From positions 8,680,001 through 8,744,000 of the forward strand of contig NW_027139453.1 of the NCBI RefSeq assembly GCF_035084215.1: DNA of 64,000 nt, written 5' to 3'. Numbering within the stretch: position 1 is the first letter of the stretch; each line of letters starts with the position of its first letter. The notes below the pieces were generated by a model, which was not told the origin of the DNA, searched no databases, and saw only the letters and a program-made list of their open reading frames with translations. A program made the translations under genes and the position numbers. This DNA is from Heptranchias perlo. Lineage: Eukaryota. Below, piece after piece: positions 36,895-48,470 of this stretch.

Positions 36895-36989
36895 GCTCTC
36901 GTGGCGCAATCGGTTAGCGCGCGGTATTTATATAACAATATCAGGCTCAAGCAATATCGAGGTTCTGAGCTCGATCCTTACATCTAACA
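36895..36989 (+). pseudogene. tRNA-Ile(TAT) pseudogene with intron
   Basis: GTGGCGCAATCGGTTAGCGCGCGGTA..TATA + intron; acceptor stem and T-arm mutated relative to the copy at 40431. Confidence 0.85.
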
Positions 36990-38268
36990 GTTAAACCTTT
37001 TGCATCTGAATATTTCCACCGGAGTTCAAGGTGCAGCTGGTCTGTTCCATGAACCATCTCCTTCTTAGTGTTCTTATGTGGGAACTTAAGGTGCTCTGGC
37101 CGGCCGTATTGCAACAGCAGCTGTGAGTTTAGTTGTTTATCGGCGGGAGAGTGGGCGATTGGCCACAGCATGAAATGGGAAAGGAGGCGCCACGAGATCT
37201 TTCAGTCCAAACAACCGAACACACAATTCTTCTTTTCGTGAAACAGGCATTCTTCTGTTTGAAGTGTCGTATAGGAATATGGGGATCGGGCGGGAAATAG
37301 ATTCGAGGTCGAAAATCAGCCAAGATCTTATTGAACAGCGGAGTAGGCTCGAGGGGCCGTAAGGCCGACTCCTGCTTCTATTTCTTATCTTCTGATGGAA
37401 AAGCTGACCCGCTCCTCGTTGCTTGGGTGTTTGTTTTGCAATATCCCGACCCGCCTATCCGCTTGATCCAAATTGTTGCTCCAACTTTCACATTCAACTT
37501 GTTTCACTTCCTGGTCATGTGATAAAAATAGCGGAGTGCAGAAGGTTCAGAGCCCGCAGGAAGATCAACGGTGGAACGAATGAAAGCAGCGATTTTGCTT
37601 CGCCACCAATGAAGAAACGCGCACTTTTCCTTTATTTTTCGTTGTTCTCTCTTAGAGTGAACTTTGGGGAAAGTGCAGCGAACTTCGGTGACTGTAAAAT
37701 CACCAGGGGTTCTGGCTGCACAGGCTGAAATTGGCGACATCGGCATCTGAGAAGCTGAAATGGTGAACATTGTTCCCGAGTTTCGGTAAGAGGAAGCACG
37801 GATTGATTTGCAGCGCTGAATGTCTTTACATTCTACCGCCCACGGAGATGATGCTGGAAGTGTCTGCAAGGAGTGGGTGGAGGTTAAAAACTATCTAATT
37901 TATTCGAACAAAGAAATCAGATTAGCCCAACTAAACTCTGTGTTAACCATCCAATTGACAAGCTGCAGATAACTGCACTAATCCAAACATTTCCAGGCAA
38001 CTATGGAAAAGACTCAGTTTGAAGCAGTTTGGACACAAAGCAATCTCTGTCCAAACAAGGGACAGGTGGTGTGAACGTGCAATCAGTGGTCTTTCTAACA
38101 GAACTGTCCAAATGTTTCTGTTAAAAATGGTGATCAGAGAAGATCAAAGCCCTTTTCTGAGAATGCTCACCAAAGGTAAACATATTGACAACACATCGCA
38201 GGCATCGTCTCTTCAGCAGTTGTTGCTCCAGTGGACTGGGAAAACTTGACAGCTGTTCTAAAATTGCT

Positions 38269-38355
38269 CGCATGAATAGGGACTTTGAACGCTGGACACT
38301 CAAATCACTTCTGTCACCTAAAGGTCTGATGGTCTACCGACTGAGCTATCCAGGC
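38269..38355 (-). pseudogene. tRNA-Lys(TTT)-derived gene or pseudogene with a 13-nt insertion after position 37
   Basis: GCCTGGATAGCTCAGTCGGTAGACCATCAGACCTTTA[GGTGACAGAAGTG]ATTTGAGTGTCCAGCGTTCAAAGTCCCTATTCATGCG. Confidence 0.8.
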
Positions 38356-38389
38356 TCGTGGTTATAGCTGTTTCCATCATTCAGATTCA

Positions 38390-38925
38390 TAGAAATAGAA
38401 TCATCGAAATTTACGGCACAGAAGGAGGCTATTCGGCCCATCGTGTCTGTGCCGGCCGAAAAAGAGCTATCCAACCTGTTCCCACTTTCCAACTCTTGGT
38501 CCGTAACCTTGTAGGTTACGGCACTTCAAGTGTATATCAAAGTGCTTTTTAAATGTGATGAGAGTTTCTGCCTCTACCACCCTTTCAGGCAGTGAGTTCC
38601 AAATCCCCACCACCCTCTGGGTGAAAAAAGATTCTCCTCAACTCCCCTCGAATCCTCCTACCAATTACATAAATCTATGCCCCCTGGTTATTGACTTCTC
38701 TGCGAAGGGAAATAGGTCCTTCCTATACACTCTATCTCGGCCCCTCATAATTTTATACACCTTATTTAAATCTCCCCTCAGCCTCCTCTGCTCCAAAGAA
38801 AACTTGCCACTTTCCCTTGAATCCAATGGACTCTTACTTTTCTGACCAGTCTGTCATGTGGGACGTTGTCAAAAGCCTTGCTAAAATCCATGTAGACTAC
38901 ATCAAACGCGCTACCCTCATTGACC
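38390..38925 (-). mobile_element. Internally deleted CR1 fragment
   Basis: CATAGAAATAGAATCAT tail, CR1 3' end, then a jump to AAAATCCATGTAGACTACATC (DVVYMDF on the minus strand). Confidence 0.65.
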
Positions 38926-38929
38926 CTCA

Positions 38930-39701
38930 TGATTTTATATCATGTTCTTCAGTGCCAAGAAATCCACATAGATCATGTCCACCGTCTACGACCATGTACT
39001 GTACAGTTGGTCTGTTTTGTAAACGGATCAGAAGCCACCTAAAGCAGTTCCCGGCCAATTTTTTCATTCAGCAGAGAACAAGATAAAACTTGTCAGTGAC
39101 TGCAAGAGTTTCCAATCGGTTTAGTGGGACTCGATGCCAGCTATTGAATGTGATTCTTGAGGATGGCCATTGCCTGCTGTTGGCAGAATTCATATACTTC
39201 AATGAAATTCAACCTGCAGTGCTCTTCAAAGGAGCTCTTCAACCATTGATTATTCTCCAACAGAAAAAGGCTGCTCACAATTAACACCATGGGACACTTT
39301 GGGGAGGGCAAGCACTTTACAGTTAAAGAGCTTCATCCTATATTAACATCCCTCTTTAACTTCATTCTTGACTTCTAATTTGTAATGTTTTTGCAGTTTG
39401 GTCAGCTTTGAGATATGTTTGCATTGGTTTATAGATTGAATGTATCTGATTCAAAAGATACACTTCTGAAAAAAGGATGAAGAATTTCTAACCTAAGAGA
39501 TATATAATATGTCTACTAGAACTTCAGATTGTAGAATTCATTTCTATTATACTTTTAGATAAAGATAAAAGTTCTGTCTACTAAGATCTAAATATTTTCA
39601 ATTTATCTACTTTATGTACTCATTTTAAAAAAATTGTTATTAATCTGATAATATCAATTATATATCTGTTTCTTGGCACTGAAGAACATGATATAAAATC
39701 A
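38930..39701. repeat. Perfect 33-bp inverted repeat (38930-38962 / 39669-39701)
   Basis: TGATTTTATATCATGTTCTTCAGTGCCAAGAAA and its exact reverse complement. Confidence 0.9.
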
Positions 39702-40430
39702 AAATCAGATTTAGTGCAAATTATGATATTTATTGCACAAAGAAATATGTTAAACCTTATAATAAATGAAGCTGCAAGCACATAATCAACTTATAATACA
39801 TACAGCTAAATTCATGGTCGGTCTTTGAATTATCCCTTGTGGCCGTCGACCTCGGGTGAGGATCCGATTTTTAAAATTCTCAGTACCGTTTTGAGGAGAA
39901 TCTGATGTAAGAAACATGGAGAGGAAATTCGTGAGTTTACAATTCTTCTTGTTTGTGCCAAATGTCCTGTTATTCGTTCGCAGCAATTAAAAACAATCAC
40001 TTTACCCAGTGGCTCAAATCCAGACTTGTCCCACACGTGAGCTGGAAAAGGTCTCTCGACCTGTCAGCGGATCAACAACTGAAAGCGGAATAATTCCATC
40101 CGTTGCTCAGTGACTCCGGCAAACACATTTACCTTCCGAATTTTCCGACACGACATTTCAAACCGAAGAATGTCTGTTTCACGAAAAGAAAAATTGTGTG
40201 TTCAGTTCATTAGATTTCAAGATCTCGTACCGCCTGATTTCCCATTTCATGCTGGAGCCAATCGCCCCCTCTCCCGCCTATTAACAAATAAACTCACACC
40301 TGCTATTGCAATAATGCTGGCCAGAGGACCCCAAAAGCCCACATGAAAACACGAAGAAGGAGATGCTTCATGGAACATTCTCGCTGCACCTTGAACTCGG
40401 GTGGAAATGTTCAGTAGCAAAAGGTCAAAC

Positions 40431-40525
40431 TGCTCCAGGTGAGGCTCGAACTCACAACCTCGGCATTTCTCAAGCCTAATACTGTTATATAAGTACCGCG
40501 CGCTAACCGATTGCGCCACTGGAGC
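40431..40525 (-). tRNA. tRNA-Ile(TAT), intact, 21-nt intron
   Basis: GCTCCAGTGGCGCAATCGGTTAGCGCGCGGTACTTATA[taacagtattaggcttgagaa]ATGCCGAGGTTGTGAGTTCGAGCCTCACCTGGAGCA; T4 terminator ~9 nt downstream. Confidence 0.95.
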
Positions 40526-40631
40526 CGCACGTGTTTAAAGCGCCCAGCCAACAACCGCATTTGCGGCCGGTGAGAATGTCTGTTCTTCCAGTTTATTTCC
40601 AAGTGGACACATGCAGCCAACTGCCGTTCGG

Positions 40632-40702
40632 CCATTGATATTTTCGTCGTCAAATTCTTGCCTGCCACACAGGAAGCGGGGGTTCGATTACCGCCAAATG
40701 CA
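40632..40702 (+). pseudogene. tRNA-Gly(GCC) pseudogene
   Basis: AATTCTTGCCTGCCACACAGGAAGCGGGGGTTCGATTACCGCCAAATGCA resembles Gly-GCC; inverted partial paralog at ~36737-36780. Confidence 0.7.
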
Positions 40703-40944
40703 GGAGCATTTTCGTTCTGCTTTCATGACACCGAGTGAATTGGGATAAATTCATATACAGCTTCAATCTGCACAACATCGTGTGATATGTTCTTTTCTCC
40801 ATTTGTGTTGCGTTGACGAAACCTCGGCATTCGGTCCTCCAGAGCTGAAACAGGTCGAGAATTCAGTCAATCCTGCCTTCTGCATCGCTGAAACGATGTG
40901 AGAAACAAATGAGTGAATTTTCAGCAAAAGTGGAGACAGAACAC

Positions 40945-41034
40945 TGCTCGATTGGGATTTGACCCTGGGACGTGTCGCATATATAATCAGCAAAACCGCC
41001 TGCAGTGAGAATTATTCCCCTCGACATACCAACC
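40945..41034 (-). pseudogene. tRNA-Pro-like relic with insertion in the anticodon loop
   Basis: Minus strand GAGGGGAATAATTCTCACT..AGG[~18 nt]ATGCGACACGTCCCAGGGTCAAATCCC..CGAGC; 3' end and flank recur at ~42150-42245. Confidence 0.45.
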
Positions 41035-43627
41035 GCCACGAATATGGCCGTGCAGCCAGTGCACAATTCGCAACCACCCACAACCGACCACCCAGTCTTG
41101 CAGACCACTTCTGACCAGCCAATCGCGTTTTCTATTCCGATGTACAGCAATGTCAAGTTGAGCACCAACTATTTCATATCACCAATAATAGGCTCTCTTT
41201 ACCACATTCGTTTTGAAGGAACGACTTGCATATTCAAGTAAAACTTTGCAGAATTTATTGCTCTAAAGCTACAATGTCATCTGTCTCGCCATCCGCAGGT
41301 TCTACACTGAACAACAAGTATAATGAGGGCGAAGAGAGATACATGTGGAGACATTAGCTCTGAATTCATCAGCTGGGTTGCAACTTTGCTTTTCCTACCG
41401 TCTAAATCTTTCTTTCTTTACCCTTCTCTGTTGGCTTTGCAGTTTCGATCAGCCTTGGCCGTTCAAGTCAGCCTGAGAATTTCATCAGGGGAAAATACAA
41501 ATAGTCAAGAGACTGAGACAGGGGGAGATCGAGAGATTAAAGTACAGGAACAAAGGGTGTAAATGAATACCGAATATTGTGAATTAGCAGAATATAAGTT
41601 GGAGCTGGGAATAATTCCTTCATGTATTTTGAAATCTTGCAAGAGACCATCGGGCGCCCAATCCAAAGTGTCCATGTTGCCGAGTATCTCTGCTCCATTT
41701 GGAAAATTGATCATTTATTTTGAACTGAAACAGCTGCGATGCAAGGAGGATGTGAAAATCCCTAGGAAAACCCCATTAGATTAACCATTCAGCCATTGCT
41801 GTACGAGTGTACATTAGAATGCGTACGGTGATCACAGGCGATCTGGCAGACTGTAAATTTTTCAGAGAGGTTTCGAAAGCGACATATATAATTTGTTGCT
41901 GTTCAGGCATTGATTGTTAATCGGGAGAAATCTCGCTTCTTTTGCAAGTCAGTTGGATTAGATTCCCGGCCATGACATAAACTTTTTGCATTGTGCACCC
42001 ATGAGATTGCCTGAATTGGGATCAATTCACATTCAGATTCACTCTACACATCATCCTGAGACATTTTTTGTTCTGCCCGTATATTGTGTCGACAAACCCT
42101 TTGCATTCTGTCTTTTGGTTCTCAAACATGCTCTCAATATAAATCAATTCTGCCATCCTCAACGCTGAAACGATGTGAGAAACCAACTGGTGATTTTGGA
42201 CTAAAATAGTGACACAGAGGGCGCTCGTCTGGCATTTGAACCAAACGCTCGTCTGTGATTTGAGACCCTCCCATTCCAATATCCATCTAAGGGCTGCGTC
42301 TGAACAAATCCGTCAGCTTGAGATTCTTTGCGAGAGAGCGGGAGATGTTGAGAAATTTGCTGAAGATTTCCCTACATTCATTAATAGTTCACATTCTCAC
42401 ATACATTTGATAATGGACTTTCACACAGACTTTCAACCCTTTTTATTTATTGGTCACATCTTGCTGGAGGGAGGAGCGCATTGGTACATCCGGGTTTATT
42501 GGATAGACTGTGCTTGTGCGGGGATCAAAGGGCCAAATGGCCGAGGGGACCTGTTTGTTCACCGAGTCCATCACAGCCTCAGACTGACGAAAGGAAGGGG
42601 AGGTTAGTGATGAAATGGGCGAAGAAGTAGTTATTGAGTTAATTTTGAAGGTAGGAGGGTCAGTTAGCAAGGTCACTTTTCCCCAGTTCTGCCACTTCCT
42701 TTGCTGTTTACAAACCGTTTGCTTATTTAATGTTTCAATCAGTAGAGACTAAATTACGCTTATCTCTTCTCTCCGCTAATATTGAATGTCCAACCGTGAG
42801 TTTTTGTAATTTATGTTGTTTGTTTCAAGCTCGGTTTCACGATGAACCGATGGACGTCAAAACCTGCCGTGGATGGAGGACGGGTTGATTTTATGGAAGG
42901 GGCAAATCTCACTTGGCAGGAAAAGGGACCTTCAACCGAATGCACAGAAATAACTCCGTAAGCGAATAAAATTGCCGAGTGCAATTTTAACCCCCGTCCA
43001 CAGAAGCGATCGTAACTCTGAACACTTCACCAGCCTGATCGCAGGAGCCAACACTGGAGAGTACCTTCCTGACTGAAATCTGTGTGTGGGAGTTAGGCCT
43101 GAATCGGTCCCCTTCAGTGTGAGGCGGCCCGGCAGGCGGCTGGCAGACCCAGCTCGGAATGGGACTCGATTCACTCCTGCATCAGTGGCTTGTTCAGAAA
43201 TCGCTCTGGCTGCTGCTGCTCCCACACTCTGGGTGCTCCGCGGAGCTTGGTCCTGACTTCTCTATTCTGGATCTGGCTCCACCTCTTTACTGTTGACTGG
43301 AGCGCGTCAGAGCCGTGTGCAAATCCAGACCCGAGTACATCGACTCGGGGACTGGCGATTAGTTTTATATTTGGTCATTGTTTAAGGTACGAGCTGTTCA
43401 AAGTTTGTGTAATAGTAATTATCATAATTATTTCCAGCTCCTCCTGCTCACTGGTGCTCGGTGCTTCATCCTGTGAGATACCCTCAGTCTCACTATAAAC
43501 TTCCTCTCGAGAGGGTGCACATGGGCTGGTGATGGAAGCGGTGAATCAGGAACAGCAATAGACGCTTCGGAGTTACCAAGCTTACTGTCATATACTCACT
43601 TCTTTAAATGGTGGGAGACCTTACAAT

Positions 43628-44080
43628 TAACAACAGCTTGCATTTATATAGCGCATTTAACATAATAAAATGTCCTAAGACGCTTCACAGGAGCGTAATT
43701 AGATAACATTTCACACAGATCTACAAAAGTAGATATTCGGGCAGGTGAACTAAACTTAGTGAAAAAAGCGCGGTCGTAATGAGCGTCATAAAGGAGGAGA
43801 GATAGGCAGAGGGGTTTAAGTCGGGTATTCCAGAGATTTGGGCCCAGGTAGCTGAAGCCAAGACCACCAATGGTGCACCGATTAAAATCAGGAGTGCACA
43901 AGAGACCATAATTTGAGGAACGCAATGATCTCGGAGGGTTGTAGGGCTGGGGGAGGTTACAGCGATAGGGAGAGGCGAGGCCATGGAGGGATCTGAACAC
44001 AAGGATGAGATTTTTAAGATCGAGGCTTTGGTGGAACCGGACCCAATGTAGGTGAGCGTGCACTGGGGTGATGAACAGTT
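43628..44080 (-). mobile_element. L2-type LINE 3' fragment
   Basis: ITPVHAHLHW..ILVFRSLHGLASPY..PPRSLRSS; 3' tail GCGCTATATAAATGCAAGCTGTTGTT. Confidence 0.7.
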
Positions 44081-44880
44081 TCAAAGCTGAGCACCGTGTG
44101 CAGGATTGGAGGGGCAGTGCGACTCGGGATAATTGGCCTGAGGCAGTGAGAACATCTCTTGAGCATTCAGATATTCAGTACCTGAAAGAGACAGGGAGAT
44201 GAGATCTTTGTATCAGTTATCCAGGCATCTGCAAAATCCATCGTCTCTCAGTGACCAACATCTTTCTTTCCCTCTCCTTGCTTTACTGGTAAAGGTTTTT
44301 TTTTTCCTGTCGCTGTATTTGCGTCGAACATCTCATTCCCCCGGCATGGGGAGGAGCAGAGGAAGCTGGTGGAAAATAACATACAGAAGCAGAAGGAGAT
44401 GGCAGGTGAAACTGGCAGAAAACGTGAGTGTCACTTGCTTCAAATGAGGCATGAAAAGCCGGCGTCGCCTTGCACCTTTGCAAGGAGATGCGTTGATCAG
44501 GTAGGTGGGTTTTGGAAATGGAAGCAGTTGCACCAGCAACTTGTGATAGTATTTCCCCTCACTGTCCGTTCCATGTTCATGCCTCCTCGCACTTGGTGCT
44601 TTCATTCTCTGAACAAGTCTTTCGTGTTCTTATAGTAAATGCCATTTTGTACGAGCAGCTTGTCTGGGGCGAAAGTGACCTGAGTTTGAAAGGGATAATT
44701 AGGAAAAGCAGCGTTGGTCGTCTTGCTTGCAGGAAAATTGCAGCAGTTTCCCTGGTGGTCTGGTGGTTCGGATTCGATTGCATGTCGGGTTGGTTTTCTG
44801 GAAGGACCAAATCAAATAGGCCGAAAAACCACCTCGAGCCGAATGCACCAAAAATTGTTCCGTCTTTGTAAAGGACTGAA

Positions 44881-44950
44881 CGTCTAGATTGGGATCCGAA
44901 TCCACGCCTCCAGATTAGCTGAACGCAGCGCCTTCGACTCCCGATTCCTG
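44881..44950 (-). pseudogene. Deleted tRNA-Leu(CAG) relic
   Basis: CGAATCCACGCCTCCAGA..CTGAACGCAGCGCCTT; flanks are a direct paralog of 46800-47210. Confidence 0.6.
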
Positions 44951-45612
44951 GGTGCAGTGGTTACGTTTTCTCATTTCCAGATTAAAAGCCTAAGGAATTT
45001 TCACTCATTCCGAACTTCCTTCAAGGCTTCTGGAGGTGTGAGTGACTGGGATATAATTTCCCCAGTAATTCCTGCCCATGTGCTCGGTGTATGGGGAGGT
45101 TTGACTCGGCCGTGGTATTTTGTTTCCCAGGGAGGGGCAGTAATACGATGTCTGAGGCTGCATTCGCTGCTTTCCGCCGGCAGCGGGTGATTGGAGAGAT
45201 CGGGGCCGGACAAGCGGCCTCAATGTTGCTGCTTGTCGCGGCCTCACTCACTCCGGGAGCTGGGGAACAGCGAAAAACTGATGGCTTTGTTGCCGTGGTT
45301 GAAATGCGTTTACGACCTATTGCTATTAACAGAGGCAGCGCTGCAGGATCCTTAAATGATCTCTCACAAATCAACTGAACCCATTCGGAATGTGTAGCTT
45401 GGAGAGGGGCTTTCTGCATCGTCAGAGCAGGAAATGGGAGTAATTTAGAAACACTGCCGGTATCTGTGTAGTGTTTGATTGTGTGTTGAACTGTACAGAG
45501 AAAGAAACAATCAACCGGGGCTGTGAGATATTGTATTATTTTCATTTTACCCTCAAAATGAATTATTGTGTTGTTTGTACTTATTCATTTTTAATGAAGA
45601 ATGTCTTCAAAA

Positions 45613-45681
45613 TGATTCCACCCGACATTGAACCCGGAGCTTTCTTGACATGAGGCGAAATGTGATAACCGCGACCGAAAC
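45613..45681 (-). pseudogene. tRNA-Val relic
   Basis: TGAGGCGAAATGTGATAACC..GAAAC matches the reverse complement of the Val D-arm/anticodon region. Confidence 0.55.
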
Positions 45682-46904
45682 TCAGCTCTATGAACTATTA
45701 TAGGAACGACTCAAAGAAGAGAATTTCGGTCTCAAATGCTTGTCGTGCGGGAAATGCATTCGATTCCGGTTGAGGGAATTGAACTTTACAAAACATTTTA
45801 CCATATTAATCACGCAAAACTTATTAAACTGTCAAAAAGATAAATACTTGTTCTCGTCGCCATTAATCAATCGATAACTTTCTGTTTCAGACCGAAGAAA
45901 ATCCTAACATGGTAACCGAGACAGTCAAAACTTTAATAAGTTGTTGTGTTTTGCATGTGTTGAATTGTCTTCCGTTCTCATTGTGCAGACGATATTTCAG
46001 GACTTGGTTAACAATGTTCCGTGTTTATGACAGCAGGAATCTGGTGCAGCCTTTGTTAAATTCACCATCTCATTAAAACACAACGGTAACTCCTGCTCCA
46101 CTCTATCATACAACCCCAACTAGTGCCGCTCATTTCAAGAACATTAACTAGTGCCCCCCACTAATGTACAACCTCAAGTGTGTATATACAAAGTGTGAAT
46201 GTGTGTATTTGACTGTGATATTTATGTAATAGAAGCCTCCAATCCCTCCGTGTCTATGGAAAGTTTGTGAGTGACAAAAGTCGAACCGCGACCTGACAAT
46301 ACTGAAGCATCAGTGTCCGGGATCAGGCCACTCGACCACGCTCTATCCCACTGTTGTCCAATAGAAATTGCTGACTTATCGCAGATGTGACTATGGCGAC
46401 ACCGTTTTATGCACATGAACGGATTTTAGTGTAAAAGATCTCCCACACATAATACAGGGAAATAGACTTCAAATGTGTGTATTTCACAACATCTTTCACC
46501 ATTCAGTAAACAAGGAAGTAAAACATTCACAACGACGAAACAACACTCTGCTTTTCATCTTATCATTTTACCAACAACATAAAAAGGTTAAGGTTCACAT
46601 GCAAACCGCATGCGAATATGAGTATTGAGATCACAGGCCCAAAGACTGTGTTCATTATTCATTTTTATTCAGTGCCCAAGGTATTGGACAACACTGGTCT
46701 GTGTCACAATGGATTGTGTGGACGGACCGTGTTCTGCTGAACCACAAGACTATACATTCCTACAACAAATAAAAATAAACCTGCCGTGGATGGATGTCAG
46801 GTCGGTTTTCTGATTGGTTTTCTGGAAGGAACAAATCAATTGGGCAGAAAAATCCCCACCATCCGAAAGAAGAAAAAATAGTTCGGCCCGTGTCAAGGAC
46901 TAAA

Positions 46905-46988
46905 TGTCAGAAGTGTGATTCGAACCCACGCCTCCAGAAGAGACTGCGACCATGAACGCAACGCCTTAGACCGCTCGGCCGTCCCGAC
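46905..46988 (-). tRNA. tRNA-Leu(CAG)-derived gene with +1 nt anticodon loop, probably a pseudogene
   Basis: GTCGGGACGGCCGAGCGGTCTAAGGCGTTGCGTTCATGGTCGCAGTCTCTTCTGGAGGCGTGGGTTCGAATCACACTTCTGACA. Confidence 0.8.
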
Positions 46989-47214
46989 TAGATAAGCTTC
47001 CATTTTACTGAACCTGATTTTCCCAAAAAAGCCAATGGAAGTTTCACTCAGGTTCTCAGGAAATCCTGCTGCAAGGCCCAGTGACCAAGTGACCAGCTCT
47101 TCGGATCTTCCTGGGCCTGTGCTCGGTGTCGGGGGAGGTTTGGTCGGGCCGTGGGATATTGTTTCCCGCGGAGGTTGCACTAACGCGCGGTCTGAGACTG
47201 CTTTCGGTGCTTTC

Positions 47215-47660
47215 CATATCAACGATTTGGATGAGGGAACCAAATATAATATTCCCAACTTTGCTGACGACACAACACTCGGTGGGATCGTGAGTTGTGA
47301 GGAGGCTGCAAAGAGGCTTCAAGGCGATTTAGACAAGTTGAGTGAGTGGACAAATACATGGCAGGTGTAGCATAATGTGGATAAATGTGAAGTTATCCAC
47401 TTCAGAAGGAAAAAGAGTGGCAAAGTATTATTTAAATGGTGATAGATTGATGTAAAAAGGGATCTGTGTGTCCATGTCCACCAGTCACTGAAAGCAAACA
47501 TGCAAATGAAGTAAGCAGTTAGGAAGACAAGTGGTATGTTGGCCTTCGTTACAAGAGGATTTGATTACAGAAGCAAAGATGTCTTACTGCAGTTATACAA
47601 GGCTTTTGTGAGACCACACCTGGCATATTGCGTGCAGTTTTGGTCTCCTTACATGGCGTA
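47215..47660 (+). mobile_element. CR1 RT fragment
   Basis: INDLDEGTKYNIPNFADDTTLGG..LQGDLDKL. Confidence 0.8.
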
Positions 47661-48094
47661 TACTTAACCTACTTGATCAATGCATCTCCTATTAAAGGTG
47701 CAAGACAACGCCGGCCTCTCATGCTTCATTTGAAGCAAGTGAAACTCACATTTTCTGCCAGTTTCACCTGCCACCTCCTTCTGCTTCTGTCTGTTCTTGT
47801 CCTCCAGCTTCCTCTGTTCCTCCAGATGCTGGGGAATTAGATGTTCGAAGCAAATACAACAACAGAAAAAAAAACATTCCCAGGAAAGCAAGGGGAAGGG
47901 AAGAACGATGTTGGTCATCGAGAGACGATGGATTTTGCATATGCCAGGATAAATAGACGCAAAGATCTCATCTCCCTGCCTCTTTTAGCTACTGAACATC
48001 TTAATGCTCAAGAGATGTTCTCACTGCTCCAGGACAATTATCTGGAGTCGCACTGTTCCTCCAATCTTGCACACGTTGCTTAGCTTAGAAACTG

Positions 48095-48470
48095 TGCATC
48101 ACCCCTGTGCTCGCTCACCTACATTGGCTCCCGGTCCGCCAAAGACTCGATTTTACAATTCTCATCATTGTGTTCAGAACCCTCCGTGGCCTCGCCTCTC
48201 CCAATCGCAGTAACCTCCCACAGCCCTACATCCTTCCGAGATCAGTGCGTGCCTCAAATTATGGCCTCTTTTGCACCCCTGATTTTAATCGCTCCACCAT
48301 TGACGGTCTTGCCTTCAGCTGCCTGTGCCCAAATCTCTGGAATACCCGAATTAAACCCCTCCGCCTCTCTCTGCTCCTTTACGACGCTCCATAAAACCGA
48401 CCCTTTGTGACTGAGTTTTAGTTCACCTGTCCGAATATCTCATTTTATGCACCTGTGCTATATTTTATCT
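48095..48470 (+). mobile_element. L2-type LINE 3' fragment (inverted paralog of 43628-44080)
   Basis: LAHLHWLPVRQRLDFTILIIVFRTLRGLA. Confidence 0.7.

Larger units (their letters stand above)
43690..48470. repeat. Diverged inverted duplication, arms ~43690-44510 and ~47665-48470
   Basis: L2 fragment plus adjacent unique sequence present in both orientations (e.g. GCAAAATCCATCGTCTCTC vs GAGAGACGATGGATTTTGC). Confidence 0.85.

Noticed and set aside
43159-43296. Short ATG ORF MGLDSLLHQWLVQKSLWLLLLPHSGCSAE with signal-peptide look
   Set aside because: Stops after 45 codons; no clear donor or downstream exons
46270-46350. Possible further tRNA relic (minus strand)
   Set aside because: Only A/B-box-like traces; isotype cannot be assigned
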